A DNA stretch of 63,610 nt, counting the filler, from Vannella sp. (lineage: Eukaryota): the NCBI GenBank assembly GCA_023345925.1. It is 8 parts of 8 records of this genome, joined end to end, with 100 filler letters (N's around TTAATTAATTAA, not from the genome) between each part and the next. Parts side by side here need not be neighbours in the genome. Positions count along the whole stretch, not along the records: positions 1 to 8,179 come from JAJQQN010000047.1; positions 8,280 to 26,322 come from JAJQQN010000815.1; 6 more parts are not named here. One strand, given 5' to 3'. Below, piece by piece: positions 1 to 12,512 of this stretch (the first letter of the stretch is position 1; every line of letters starts with the position of its first letter). Position numbers and translations under genes: made by a program. The notes beneath the pieces were generated by a model. The model saw only the letters and a program-made list of their open reading frames with translations. It was not told where the DNA came from and did no database searches.

Positions 1-285
1 CTCCACGGAGAGGTGGAAGCTCCGCGTGAGACAGATGGCGAACCACACTCAGAGTGAGGACAACAGAGGCTGCCACAGCCAGAGCCACTCCACCAGCCCA
101 ATCCAGAGCGCCAGGCCAGTCACGCACCATCCAGTCGGATCGTTAGAATGAGCTTTCGACCTCTCGTTGAAGACTAAATCGTCCTCGCGAGGATCCTTCG
201 CTTGACCACCTCCGTGTAGGCGTTGTGGAGGGGCAGGTCGAGATGCAAGGGAAAGAGGAATGTATGAACAGTACGAGACAGGCTC

Positions 286-1009
286 TCAAGGGAGCCCTCC
301 TGCTGATGGGAGGTGGCTCTCCGCTCGTTCGGCAATGGCGATGGCTTCCTCCATCAGGGCTTCGTTGAAGTCGTCATCGTCCTCGAAGAAGTCGAAGCTT
401 GGTGTTTGTGATAAGTTGGGAAGGGAAGCTGCAAGCGGGGGGACGAAAGGTGCTGATGTTGCTGAAGGAATCTCTCGAAGGACGTGACTTGGGGCAGAAG
501 AGGGAGTTTTCGAGATAGGAGGGAATAGAGTGGATACGCTCGCTTCTTGTAAAGGAGTGTCAGAGACGGGAGGGAAGCCAAAGTCATGGAAATCCTCGCT
601 GTCATTGTCGTCGTTGTCAGACATTTCCATGATCACGTCATCTACTTGATTCCTCTTATATAGTAGATCCTCAAAGTGGTCCTGTGGAGGGTCAGATCTG
701 AAAATAGGAGATCAGATGACTTACATGTACATCACGGCGCTTTCCCATCCTTTCGATGCTCGCTGCAACCTCGTCAAAGGTGCCAGGAGCGTTTAATGAC
801 TGTTGAAACCAAGTTTGATACTTCAGTAACAGACTATGGAGATACTGTCCCTCCTGTCCCTTGATACAAGGAGGTACACTCGATGCAAACTTCTCCACCT
901 CGCCTAACTTCTCCGACAACGGCATTGGCTTCCTCCCAGTGCTCCTACGAACTTCCACTGCCTGTGGCTCCACATTCTCATCTTGCAAACCCTCCATCCC
1001 GTCTTCCAT
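286..1009 (-). CDS. TIPIN: Tipin/Csm3/Swi3 replication-fork protection protein; exons 1009-725 and 681-286
   Basis: KGQEGQYLHSLLLKYQTWFQQ...FDEVAASIERMGKRRDV resembles the Swi3 domain. A 43-nt GTAAGT..CAG intron (724-682) joins ORFs 692-1027 and 286-636 in frame. Acidic tail. Confidence 0.6.
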
Positions 1010-1124
1010 CGCTCTAAATGATGCCAAACGGCTCGAACCCCAAGAACCTCTTTTCCCGCCCTTTTCCAGGACTCGCCTTTACTCTTCATTCCATTGACTT
1101 TTGATTCATTTACAGTTGTTCTCG

Positions 1125-4100
1125 ATGTGGTGGAAGTGGGCGCTGGTCTTGGCTTTGAGTTTTGGAGTGTTTGGGGAAGAGAACGTGACTGCGATCTCTT
1201 TGTGGGTGGCACCAGAGTCCTTGGTGTCTAACGGGACGTGTGGTGAGCTTGGAGGCTCGCCGGAGTGCCCGCTGGCGGGGTTGCAGGCTGCATTGGATGT
1301 GGCGCAGCAATTGTACAATAGCTCGTCTCCTGGCACCGTGGCGATTACTGTCTATGCTCTCCCAGGCACTTATGATAGCGAGACGGATAATGCGCTCCTC
1401 ATTACCACGCCTGTGGCTCTACGGTGCGTTTTACACTTGGAGAACTGCCTGTCCTGGTCGCTGACGCTCTTGCAGGTCAACAGGAGGGAGCAATGTGACA
1501 TCCCTTGGTAACAAAAGAGCAGTGCCCTTCCTATCGTTCTTCCATGTGCGGGCTCCCTTCACTTTGGAAGGATTCCAAGTGGATAACTTGATCTCTCTTG
1601 CCCCATTGCTTGCCACCATCGACCAGGGCGCCTCGCTTCACGTAGAAGAATGCCAGTTTAGTAACCTATTCGCTCAGTTGATCCAGGTCAATGGAGGATC
1701 CTTCTGGGTCAGAAAGAGTCTCTTTTCCTTCTGCGCCACCACCGACACACTCTTCTCAGCTTCCAGGAGAGCTCAATTCAGTGTAAGGTACTCACTAATG
1801 TCAGTATAGGTCGCTCATCTACCTTAGTTCGAAGATACGGAGGTAAGGGACTGCAGCGGAGTGTATTTCGTCTTCGATATGTTCCCTTCGCTGTCCTTTG
1901 TGCAGCTACATGGGACTTCGTTGATCAGGAACAACTTTCTGACCACCCTATGGGCGGGAGAAGTGCTAATGGAAGAGTGTGTTAGTCAATTCAGCGGTCT
2001 CAGCAATGGATTGATCTCTGCTGACAACGTGACGCTCTCTCATTGCTCTTTTCGAAGCGAGGCTTTCTCCACAGGCGCATACATTCGTGCCAATACGACT
2101 TTGCGAGCGATTGGACTTACTTTCGAGAACATCCGCATCGTCGAAGGTCCCTCACTGTTCCGATCAGACGCAGGAACCCTCATTGCATTGAACAGCATTG
2201 AGGAAAAGCGAACGAAATCTTCCCACATGGAGAACATCACTGTAGACCACTGCTCCGTGGCCCAGGTGGTGAGTATCTTCAACTCATTTGCGAATATCAC
2301 TTCAATGGCCTTCCAACACAGCTCTGGCCCATTTGGAAAGATCGGACACAACGCTGGATCACAATTAGAAGTGCATATCAGCGATATCTGCTTCACCAAC
2401 ACAAGCGAGAGCTCTTTGGAGATAACTCTGTTAAGAAAAGCAAACTCTTCGAAGGCCCAAGTGAGCATCTCTTCGATGCAAGTTTCCGATTACATGGGAA
2501 GTGCTTACCCTTTGAGCATCAGTAGTTCGTCTGAGGAGGCAGTAACCCTCCACAATCTTACCTTTTTGAGAGCAGAACGGGCAATTGCCGCTCAGGGAGC
2601 GATTAACATTACAGAAATGACCTTTATGGACGCTATAACGAGTACTTTCCCCCCATTTACCTTCAACAAAGCCCAAGTGACGATGAACAAAGCTCAATTT
2701 AGCAATGCAACCACCAACGCACCTCTCCTCCTCTTCACAGACTCTTCTGAGTTTAAGGGAACAGAGATAGTCCTTGACAGAATCTTCTCTCAAACTTCAG
2801 GTTCTATCGAACTCCTTCGCAGTACCGCTCACATCAACTCTTTTGTCAGTTCTAACAGCAGCGCGATGAATGGCGCTGGAATCTTTGTCGATAACGGATT
2901 CCTCTTCTTGCAAAACGCTCTCTTTCACGATAACTATGCTAAAATCGGTGCAGGAGTCTATGTCAAACAAGGAACGCTGTCCTTGAAAGATTGCCTCTTC
3001 CAGCGTAATTATGCCGAGTACGGGGGCGCCGTCTATTTGCAGTCTACGGAGCTATCCTGGAATGACTCCTCCTGCGAAGAGAACTTCTCATTACAAGATG
3101 GGGGCTGTTTGTTCTGTCGTAACCTTGTCCGCGGAACCGTCAGAAATGTCTCATTTGTGGACAATTACTGCTTTGGTAGTGGAGGTGGCGCTGCTTTGCT
3201 GAACAAAGATAACGTTCGCTTCATTAGATGTACAGTTTCAGGAAATAGAGCATTGAATGGCGGTGGTCTCTCCTTCTCCGGCAACGCTGCGACCGTCTTT
3301 GAAGACGGTGTAATCTCTTCTAACTACGTTGTCTCTTCAGGTGGAGGCATCTCAATCAAAGAGCAAGCCAGACCAATTGTGAAGAACACTATGGTTGACT
3401 CAAACTATGCTGACAGTACTGGGGGAGGAATCAAGGTCTCTGACAATGCGGTTCCAACCTTCGAGAACCTCACAGTAACTCACAATTTCTCTCCCAATGA
3501 GGGTGGAGGCATCTCATTTGCTGATTCCTCGATAACTAATCTGACGGATTGTTTAATTGGATACAATGTGGTCAATGCCAGTGGTGGAGGACTCGTATTC
3601 AGCGTCTCTTCCTCCGGATGGCTTTCAAATGTCATTATCCGTGGTAACCGAGCCAAAAGCAAAGGAGGAGGCATTTCATTCTATAATAGCTGCAAACCAA
3701 CGCTTCTTAATGTGACATTTGAGACTAACTCAGCTCCTGAAGGTGCTGGTGCGTTCCTCCAAGACACTGCATCGCCAACAATTATTTCCTCCACTTTCCA
3801 ATTCAACGATGCTGACGGTTCTGGCGGTGCCATCGTCTCAGATGACTATGCACAGGGACTGGTTGACTCTTGCGTTTTCCAGCATAATCGTGGGGGTTCG
3901 GTTGGTGGTGCAATCGTCCTGAATGACTTTGCATCTTCCCGATACCAAAATTGTTCATTTATTGATAACTACTCGACACGGGGCGGCGCCCTCTTTGTTA
4001 GCTCACAAGTGAACGTTTCATTTGATGGCTGCTCTTTTTGCTTTAATGTGGCAGAGTTTGGCGGTGCAATGATGTTTGCGGACCAATCCCTTGTCACTCT

Positions 4101-6732
4101 TAGTAACTGTACTTGTCGGTTCAACACAGCCCTTCGCAATGGAGGGGCTATCCTTCTACAAGACGACTCTCATACGGTCCTAAAAGGATGCTTTGTGGGA
4201 CATAACCAAGCTTCTTCTGCTTCAATAACTTCCATTGGAAGCGGTGGAGGACTTCGTGGTGACGACAGGGCCACTATCTCCTTGGAAGAAGTCACTTTCT
4301 GGAACAATTCCTCTCCAGCAGGAGGTGCCATCTTCTTGCAACAGTTTGTTCAGCTCGAAGCCAATCGATTGAACATCGCAAATAACTTGGCGGTGGAAGG
4401 CGGCGGCGTTTTCTTTGAAGGAACGCTGATAAGGATTGCCGATGCCTACTTTGTGAACAATACTAGCATCGGTAAAGCCTCTCGGGGAGGAGGGCTTTCT
4501 CTCATCTCTTTGCGAGCTCAAGAACGAAAGTCTCCTTCCACAATCTGCTCCAATTGTGTGTTTATGGGCAATAGTGCCTTCCGTGGTGGCGGTGCCTTCT
4601 TTTCCATTAAGCGGCATTCAGATGTATTGAATGACTGGTTAGTTAGTGATAGCCCTTCCATTAGTGGGCTTTGTAACTCAAGGGACCTTCTCTCCTCGGG
4701 CAATGTCACTTTCCAAGTGTCTATGAAGGACAATCTGTTCGTCTCTAACACTGCATCTCGAGGTGGCGGGGCCTTTGTAGAGCAACCAACAAGCTATTTG
4801 GGGTGGCAAAGCAATACTTTCAGTGAGAATATGGCCACTGAGTACGGTGGTGCCTTGTTTGTACTTGGGGACGACTCGGTTGCCGTCTCAGAGTCCGTCT
4901 GGATGATGGATTCAACTTTTGTGGATAACAATGCATACTTTGCAGGCCCTAATGCAGGTTGGGGTGCCACGGACCAATGTACGAACCAATTCTGTGAGGA
5001 TTGCACCTTTGGGGAGGCCAGTCCAACCTTCAATGGCTACCAGAACTCTCAGGGATGGGCTTCACCGCCTGAGAAACTCCTCTTTGGATCCTCTTGCCCT
5101 TCTTATGTCTTCCTAAGTGGAGACACCTTCGATGTCTCTCTGATTTTGGTCGACCAATTCCTGACTCCCATTAACGGCCACTTGATAGAGGACACTACGA
5201 TTGAAGTGTCCGTGTTTACAAGTGATAATTGCTCCTTTAACATGACAAATAAGGGGTTACAAAGCTCTATTTCCTTGAGAGTGGGTGCAAATGGCCGAGC
5301 CTCTTTCTCTGGCCTGGCCCTGGCTGGATATGACAATCAAACATGCACTTTGGGGTTCTTCGTGAGCCAAGAGAAGTTCACTGTATCAAGTGTGACCTGC
5401 GATATCCCATTCAATGGGTGTCCTTATGCAGAGATGCCGCAGAGCCGAACAGGACAATTCGATACTTGCGTTGAAGATCCAGTTGCTGTCGAGCATATCA
5501 ACCAAGCAGTGTTCCTTTTGATGATTATCATGCTTCTTTTATGCTGCATTATGCTTCTGGGGTGTGGGACTGTCTTTTGGGAGCAATATTATGCAAAGCC
5601 CAAACCTTTTTACTTCAAGCCTGCTCCGAAGAAAGAGATCTCTTTGGAGGATCTGCTGAATGACCCAGACATTCCTCATATTCCCTGGAATCAAATAGAA
5701 GAAGGGAATCGCATTGGATATGGATCTACGGGCATCGTTCTGGAAGGAATGTGGATGACTGAAACGCTCCTTCGGGAAGTAGCGTTGAAGGAAATCCTTT
5801 ACGGAAATCAACTGTTTACTGACGGAGCTATTCTCGCAACGATATCCATGGAGATAAGGCTCATGTGGTACGTACAAGTCTCAGATACAATCAACCTTTA
5901 ACCATGACACTCCAGTGCACTCGACCACCCCTCCATCGTTCAATTCTTTGGAATCACATTCTCTACGGACCGTCGCTTATTTCTTGTCATGGAGCTGATG
6001 CAGCAAGGCAACCTTCGCGACCTCCTGGAAAAGAAAGGCAGAAACCTCAATTGGCCAATGCGCCTCAATTTTGCCATCAGTGCAGCCCTGGGGATAAGTT
6101 ACTTGCATCAAAACAGAATCATTCACCGCGATCTTAAACCTCAGAACCTTCTTGTCAACCGAGAGTGGGTCTGCAAAGTGTCTGACTTTGGCATTTCGAC
6201 CATCAAACTGAACGGCCTGGTTTCCCAGGAGATGACTGTTATTGGCACTCCTGTTTACATGGCTCCTGAGATATTTACAGACAACAAGTATTCGGAGAAG
6301 GTGGATGTCTATGCCTTTGGAATCCTTTTGAACGAACTTTATTGTGACAGAAAGCCGTACAGCGAAGAGGAGCTTGCTGCCCTCCCGCAAGCTCAGTTAT
6401 TGATGCGTATATGTGATGGGTTAAGACCTGATATATCCAGCTTGCCCTCTGCTTTGAAGCAACTGGTGGAAGATGCCTGGAACCCCATTCCCAAGATGAG
6501 ACCCTCTTTCCAAGAGATTGGGGTCAGACTCCCCCGCATGGGGAATCTGACTCTTCCTCTGATAGAAAGACAACGTAATGTGCAATGTGAAGAGAGCATC
6601 TCCTTCGGCTCTTCACGTAGCAGGTGGCTGACTCTACCGGAAGCGAATGTCGACTCCCAATCTTTGGAGATTGACGATTTCGACGATTCTGAATGCGAGA
6701 GCGAGTCCAGAGTACATTTGACAACAGAGTAG
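1125..6732 (+). CDS. Single-pass receptor-like TKL protein kinase with a Pmp-like right-handed beta-helix ectodomain; introns 1424-1475, 1783-1827, 5868-5915
   Basis: Signal peptide MWWKWALVLALSFG; many FxxN / GGA(I/V/L) repeats; TM segment near 5505-5575; kinase motifs GYGSTG, VALK, HRDLKPQN, DFG, GTPVYMAPE. Three GT-AG introns join four ORFs in frame. Confidence 0.85.
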
Positions 6733-6756
6733 TGTTTATCGCCTCCAGTTAAGGCA

Positions 6757-7864
6757 TTAGGGATGATAGATAAAGTCATAATACAACACTTGGATGAGGA
6801 GGAAAGTCACTTGAATGGCCGCCACCAGGGTGGAGAACCAAACAGGCCAAGATTCACCAGTGTATACCATATAAACAAGCCACACCCAAGTGCCAGGGGA
6901 CTGCATTAGAAGCATAATGAGGGAAAGCGACCCTCTTTTCTGAAGGCTTTTTGTGAGCTTCCGCCATGAGGCCACTTTGTACCTACCTTCAAGCGCCAAG
7001 TAGTGTAGATCTGAGGAGTAAACTGAAAGAAAACGACGACAGCGCTCGAGAAGCCGAGGACATCGGCATAACCGTTAATCTCTTTGGAGTAGGGAGCGGT
7101 CGCAGCCATGATGATGTACCCGATGGCGATGACTATGACTGCTACAATGTGATAGAGAACGAAGATGAGCATCTGCTTGCGTCTGCCAGCGGTCTTTCGA
7201 GCAGCCCGAGTAGGGTACGAGGCCGCCACATCCTTGAGACTGTTTAAGTCGTCGCTATTGAGAGAGAGGGGACTAAATGCAACGTCAGCCATGTCATCGT
7301 CTACTTCTACTTCTTTGGGATCAAACGGATCGTAGTAGAACACGAAGAGAACGTAACTGGCCCTCTCATTAGCAAAGGAAAGTGATCCAGAAGCTCTCTT
7401 ACATGCAGAAGACACTGAAAGTGGATATCGCTAGCTGATAGTTTGTTACTAGAGTCTCTTGGCACTCAATAAAGGTCTGGAATGCCCAGTAAGTACCTCA
7501 TTCCCGTTCGGAAGTAGCTCATACCACGTAGGTACAGCACTTGAAGATATCCCAGTCCGTGTAGAGTGAGCTGATCATAGGTGTCCAGTTCGCTACTTGT
7601 GTAAGCACAATGTACACGCTCGACACCCCAAAGGAAGACTTCCTTTGGATAAACTCGATTTGCTAGCCCCGTTAGCCCTCCTCCGCCTCCATATGAACGC
7701 ACCTGAGGCAACCAAGATAGATACACACCAACCACTATCAACACTCCAAACCAAAGCTCAAATGGAGGCACTTCCGTCGTGCAATTCGCCGCGGTCACCG
7801 GCCAATCCGCTGGTGCTCCTGGCATTCCAACACTAAATGGCTGTGACAGAGCATGGTGGTTCAT
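6757..7864 (-). CDS. PQ-loop repeat membrane protein (multi-intron)
   Basis: Two PQ motifs (YLSWLPQ; FQFTPQIYTTW), several hydrophobic helices and a GSLS motif. GT-AG introns join the ORF pieces. Confidence 0.8.
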
Positions 7865-8897
7865 TTTTGCAAGGAATCCGAATCCGGAATGTTATCTCTC
7901 TTCATCGGCTACGAGGACTGCCAAGGTCACCAGAGGCAAGCTCGGTGGTTGCAGTCATCCTCATTGATGACAGAAGGCCAGTCATCCCTTTCCCTCTGTG
8001 ACCCATGCATGGAGTGAGCCGCGGTTTGTCGAGAGTTCATTCGATTCATTCTCGAACCAATTAGGGTTTAGTGCTTAGAACATCATCATCGCCAGGGAGC
8101 CAAGAAGGGCTGGGAGCACGATGAAACCAGAGCTCGAACTGCCACCGTTGCCGTTGCCTCCAGGGACAGGGACAGGGACNNNNNNNNNNNNNNNNNNNNN
8201 NNNNNNNNNNNNNNNNNNNNNNNTTAATTAATTAANNNNNNNNNNNNNNNNNNNNNNNNNNNNNNNNNNNNNNNNNNNNATTTTGGGGGTCCCTGGTTGC
8301 AGGGCAGAAATCGTGATGGCCTCTTCTTCTAGCCCTCTCGAAAGAAGTCACTTCAACACTTGACCTCTGTTCATTTCTGAGGAGCCTCCACAGCTGATCC
8401 TCAGTCTCATGGTTGGCGGCCTCTGGTCCACTGAGAGTCATTTCATTCTCAAGATTCAGCCGCTATCTTCATGGCTACTGCAAAAGGTATTGAATTGGCA
8501 GTTTCTTTGCCCCAATCTCTCGTGGAGGCGTCTCGGAATCAAGTGTAGATTGTCAATTGTACCAGATATACTCTGCTTGATGCGCTGGGCTGTGAGCGAA
8601 AGAGTACGCGAGAACGATGGCCCCATTGTCCACTTTAAAGTCCCCCCTCTAACCCTCAACGAAAGCCAACATAAATCCTCAGATTGTATCGCCCTCTGAT
8701 TGGTTCAAAACAAGACTGGTCGAATCACTTTCTTGGGTTGCATTTTTTAATGGTTCTCTTAAAGGAAGTGCAAAATGGCAATGGGATTAATGGGAGGTAC
8801 ACTGACGGAAATTGGGAAGAGAATTTTCGGATAAGGGACGCGTGGGATTCGGTGCTCAACCTCCCATTTCTCTCTCCTCACAAAGGATCCGCACCCG

Positions 8898-9644
8898 ATG
8901 AAAACCTCTCCTGCAATAGACGACGACTGTACTCTATTTGGTATGCCTTTGACCGGACCGGATTCAGGAACGGGCTTCTTTGATCTACCAACCTTGGAGA
9001 TTCCTTCCTCTCCAAGCCAGGAACATGCAAGCGCCATTACTGAAACAAGACCACGAACCTCAACAAGAAGGAATGCTCTCGACTTGGAGTGTGGAATGCG
9101 GAGAGCAGAAAGACAAGACGGAGAGCTTCTGAATGGAGACATCCGCGTGTTTACGAAAGGTGGTCGCCACGCTCAGTATGACCCGCATAGCCGAGTGTGC
9201 TTCACACGCCAACACAAGGTTGGAAAGTCTCGCTACTTTATGATGACGATTCCTGGCGCCACGTCGTGCACTCTCAAGCTCTCGGCACCTTCAAACGATT
9301 GCGACTTTGCTCTGCTGCCCTCGTCATCCTCTTCGGTGCCTAATAGGACTACTTTGGAAGTAGTACTCGACGGTAATGGCTTTGGCACGTTTATCCTTCG
9401 GCCTTTGGTGGACACAGCAACTCAAAGAGTGCACACTCTCCACATGGACTTCTATGGTGACAACGACATCATCGTCAGTCATACGATTAAGACTCTCTTT
9501 GCTGCTGGACACAAGTACGAGACAGGAGCTCGTCGAAGAGCCTTCCACAATGGAGACCATTTCTCCCTCCTCCAACTTGTTGGGCTACCTGATGGCTCAA
9601 AGGCTCTCATCACACGCCACGCCACCTGCTCTGAGAATAGCTAA
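8898..9644 (+). CDS. Hypothetical protein, 248 aa, intronless
   Basis: Long open ORF filling the gap between neighbouring genes; disordered N-terminus and beta-rich C-terminal half; no family recognised. Confidence 0.55.
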   Translation: MKTSPAIDDDCTLFGMPLTGPDSGTGFFDLPTLEIPSSPSQEHASAITETRPRTSTRRNALDLECGMRRAERQDGELLNGDIRVFTKGGRHAQYDPHSRVCFTRQHKVGKSRYFMMTIPGATSCTLKLSAPSNDCDFALLPSSSSSVPNRTTLEVVLDGNGFGTFILRPLVDTATQRVHTLHMDFYGDNDIIVSHTIKTLFAAGHKYETGARRRAFHNGDHFSLLQLVGLPDGSKALITRHATCSENS

Positions 9645-9847
9645 CCCCCTTAACCATTATCCCTTGCCTTACATAGCTCTGATAAAAGCCTTCCTTACAA
9701 ATGATCGCGAACTTCTCATGCAACTCCAACTCGCTGGAAGACCGCTCTTTAGGTCACTCAAGAGACTTACAAGTGCACAATGACACGTTTCTTATCACCT
9801 GTTGAAGCCTCAGTTGAAGGTGGGGACATGGATCCATGTGATGGGCT

Positions 9848-10453
9848 TTAGTTGTACCGAGTGTAGTAAGGACGATGAGAACGACGAATATCGTACTTGA
9901 GATCTTGCATCTCATCAGGATAGAACTCCCAGAGGTGCTCAGTCTTCTTGAGGATCTCAAGGGCTTGGATGTTGGCCCTTGCGCGGAGATCTTGGAAGGC
10001 TTGCCATTTCTCGAGGTTGCTATTGTCGCGTGCATCACGATACTCCTTGTATTTGCGCTCTACATCACGATGGCGAGTTTCTCGCTCCTTGCGGCGGAGA
10101 AGTTTGAAGGTTTGGTTCTCCTCCCACTCGCGGTGTCGCTTGTGCCATTTAACTCTTCGTTCATAGAGGTGGACGACCTCAGCTACGGGGTAAATCTTTT
10201 GGCGGGCAGCAACGAACTGCCTAAGGAACTTGCTAACGAAGTGGCGTTTGAACACGGCGGTTGTCACCTGCTGATGTTTTTTCCGCCTCTCTGTTGGCTG
10301 TCCTCTTGGGATTATCTCTGCTTGCTCTTCATCCTCTGCTTGCTCTTCTTCTCCCAATTCTTCCTCAGCCTGTACCTCACAATACGTCCTCTTTGGAGCC
10401 ACAAAAGCAGGAGGTACGCGGCCACTGACCCAGCCTGCGACTCGCCGGAGCAT
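9848..10453 (-). CDS. Probable mitochondrion-targeted coiled-coil protein (possibly a mitoribosomal subunit)
   Basis: Presequence-like N-terminus MLRRVAGWVSGR; R/K/E-rich helical body. Confidence 0.55.
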   Translation of the reverse strand: MLRRVAGWVSGRVPPAFVAPKRTYCEVQAEEELGEEEQAEDEEQAEIIPRGQPTERRKKHQQVTTAVFKRHFVSKFLRQFVAARQKIYPVAEVVHLYERRVKWHKRHREWEENQTFKLLRRKERETRHRDVERKYKEYRDARDNSNLEKWQAFQDLRARANIQALEILKKTEHLWEFYPDEMQDLKYDIRRSHRPYYTRYN

Positions 10454-10686
10454 CAGCAAATGACTCAAATACAACAAAAATATTTATTGGGATTGGGAGA
10501 GCCGTGATCAATGCGATTCTCCCGAAGGAGAGAGTTGCGGCGATTGGCTACTTTGCCACCAATCACAGAGTCTCGGCTTGTCGGGGAAAGTCAGACCTTC
10601 CCGTCCTCGGATGACTGTATCATTGTTTGACTACCTGAGGAGATGGGCAGAGGTTGTCAGTGCGACGAGATGCTGGAAGGGCAGGT

Positions 10687-12347
10687 ATGATCGGAGGGGG
10701 AGGTCAGTCCGTCTGGTCTCATCCTGTTCAGGTGTCTGTGGGTGCTCCAACAGGGCGCTTCAACTTCAGAAGGCTGTTTGCTTACATCGGACCTGGGTTC
10801 CTTGTAGCTATTGCTTACATCGATCCTGGAAACTGTACGGATCTCCACTCCCACTCTCCTTGTCCAGAGCCTGACTTGTTCCCCAGTTGACACGGACATC
10901 CGCGCCGGATCGATGTATCAGTACAAGCTGATATGGATGCTGGCGCTTGCCACTTTGATGGGTCTCCTTGTCCAGTTCCTCGCGTGCAAGTTGGGGCTCA
11001 TCGCCCAAAGAGATCTGGCGCAACAATGCCGCCAGTCGTACCCCCGCTACCTCACTTGGTTCCTTTGGGTCATGGCAGAGATTGCCATCATCGCTTCTGA
11101 CATTCCAGTACGTAGCCCCAGTCAACACCACACCTCTGGCTTGGAGTAACAACCAACAGGAAGTGCTGGGAACGGCTTACGCTCTGAACTTGCTTCTGGG
11201 CATTCCTCTGTTCTGGGGCGTGATCATCACAGCGTTTGACACCCTCCTCTTCCTTTTGCTGCAGTACGCCAGCATTCGGTTGTTGGAGATGGTCATCGGA
11301 GGCTTCTTGATGGTTGTGAGCGGCTGCTTCATCATTGAGATGTTCTTTGTGACTCTGAATCCTCTGGACATGATCGAGGGCTTCGTCCCTTTCCTCCACG
11401 TCACTGAAGGCGAGTTTGGCCTTGGTGGATACGCCACGGCTGCGATTGGCTTGTTAGGGGCAGTTGTAATGCCTCATAACCTCTTCCTTCACTCAGCATT
11501 GGTCAAAACACGTGATGTGGAGCGCTCTATCTTGGGAATCAAGGAGGCAATGATCTACAACATTGTTGAGTGTGCCTTGGCCCTCTTTGTCTCGTTTGTG
11601 ATCAATTTCTGCATCATTTCAGTGTCTGCATCCCAGTTCTACCCTTCAGATACTGCTGGGCTGGATCAGGCTGCTGATCTCCTCTCCGCTTTAGGCCCGG
11701 CGGCTCCCATCATCTTTGGAATCGCATTGCTGGCTTCTGGCCAGAGTTCCACCATCACTGGAACTTATGCAGGACAGTTTGTCATGGAGGTACGTCATAT
11801 TGAGTAGCTCCAGTACTGTGCTCACTGAAAGGGAAAGGGGTTCTTGTCGTTGAACATTTCCATGTGGAAGCGCAACCTGATCACTCGTTCCGTTGCTATT
11901 GTCCCCAGTTTACTCGTCGTCTTACTTGTTGGACCCAGTGGCGCTGATGACATGATTGTCTGGTCTCAAGTATTACTCTCCATCCAACTCCCTTTCGCAT
12001 TGATTCCTCTTTTGAAGATGACCCGCAATCAGTCTGTGATGGGCGAGAGGTTTGCGAATGGCATTCCCCTACAGACCCTCGGATGGACTATCGGTTTGAT
12101 TATTATCACAGCCAACGTGACTTTGGTTGGATTCTCTTTGGAGGAGTTTTTGGATCTGAGCACGGTCTGGGGCAAGGTTCTTCTGACTCTCCTCTTGGTC
12201 GTTGGAGTAGTGTACATCAGTTTCTTGGTGTATCTCTCAACCGTTCCCGTCGGAAACAATTCAGAACCTCCCGTTCTTCCCGTTTCTCTGGACACTCTCG
12301 GTGATGCCTTCACCTCCAAACCAACCCAAAACTACACACTGAATTAG
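10687..12347 (+). CDS. NRAMP-family divalent metal transporter; introns 10835-10886, 11108-11159, 11790-11837
   Basis: [28 protein letters not shown] and [18 protein letters not shown] signature motifs. Confidence 0.95.
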
Positions 12348-12447
12348 TACGTGGTCACGTGAGAGACCACCAATCTTTTAGAAGGGTTTGGAACGATCAG
12401 GAGTGTCTGTAAACCAAATAAATCACTTCTTCTGGATGTGACCAACT

Positions 12448-12466
12448 TAAACCCTAAACCCTAGGG
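12448..12466 (+). promoter_or_regulatory. Telo-box-like motif TAAACCCTAAACCCTAGGG
   Basis: About 46 nt upstream of the MPP-alpha ATG; an identical 19-mer occurs at 60179-60197. Confidence 0.5.
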
Positions 12467-12512
12467 AAAGTGGGCTTGTCTAACTTCTTGGGTATTCTGT
12501 TGGGGGATCAAA

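Noticed and set aside
8180..8279. N44-TTAATTAATTAA-N44 block, repeated seven times
   Set aside because: Artificial contig-joining spacer with stops in all six frames. Not biological; ORFs running into it are artefacts.
9875..10507. 210-aa plus-strand ORF and many similar antisense ORFs (e.g. 33788-34387, 54824-55426)
   Set aside because: Shadows of real genes on the opposite strand caused by codon bias; no motifs.
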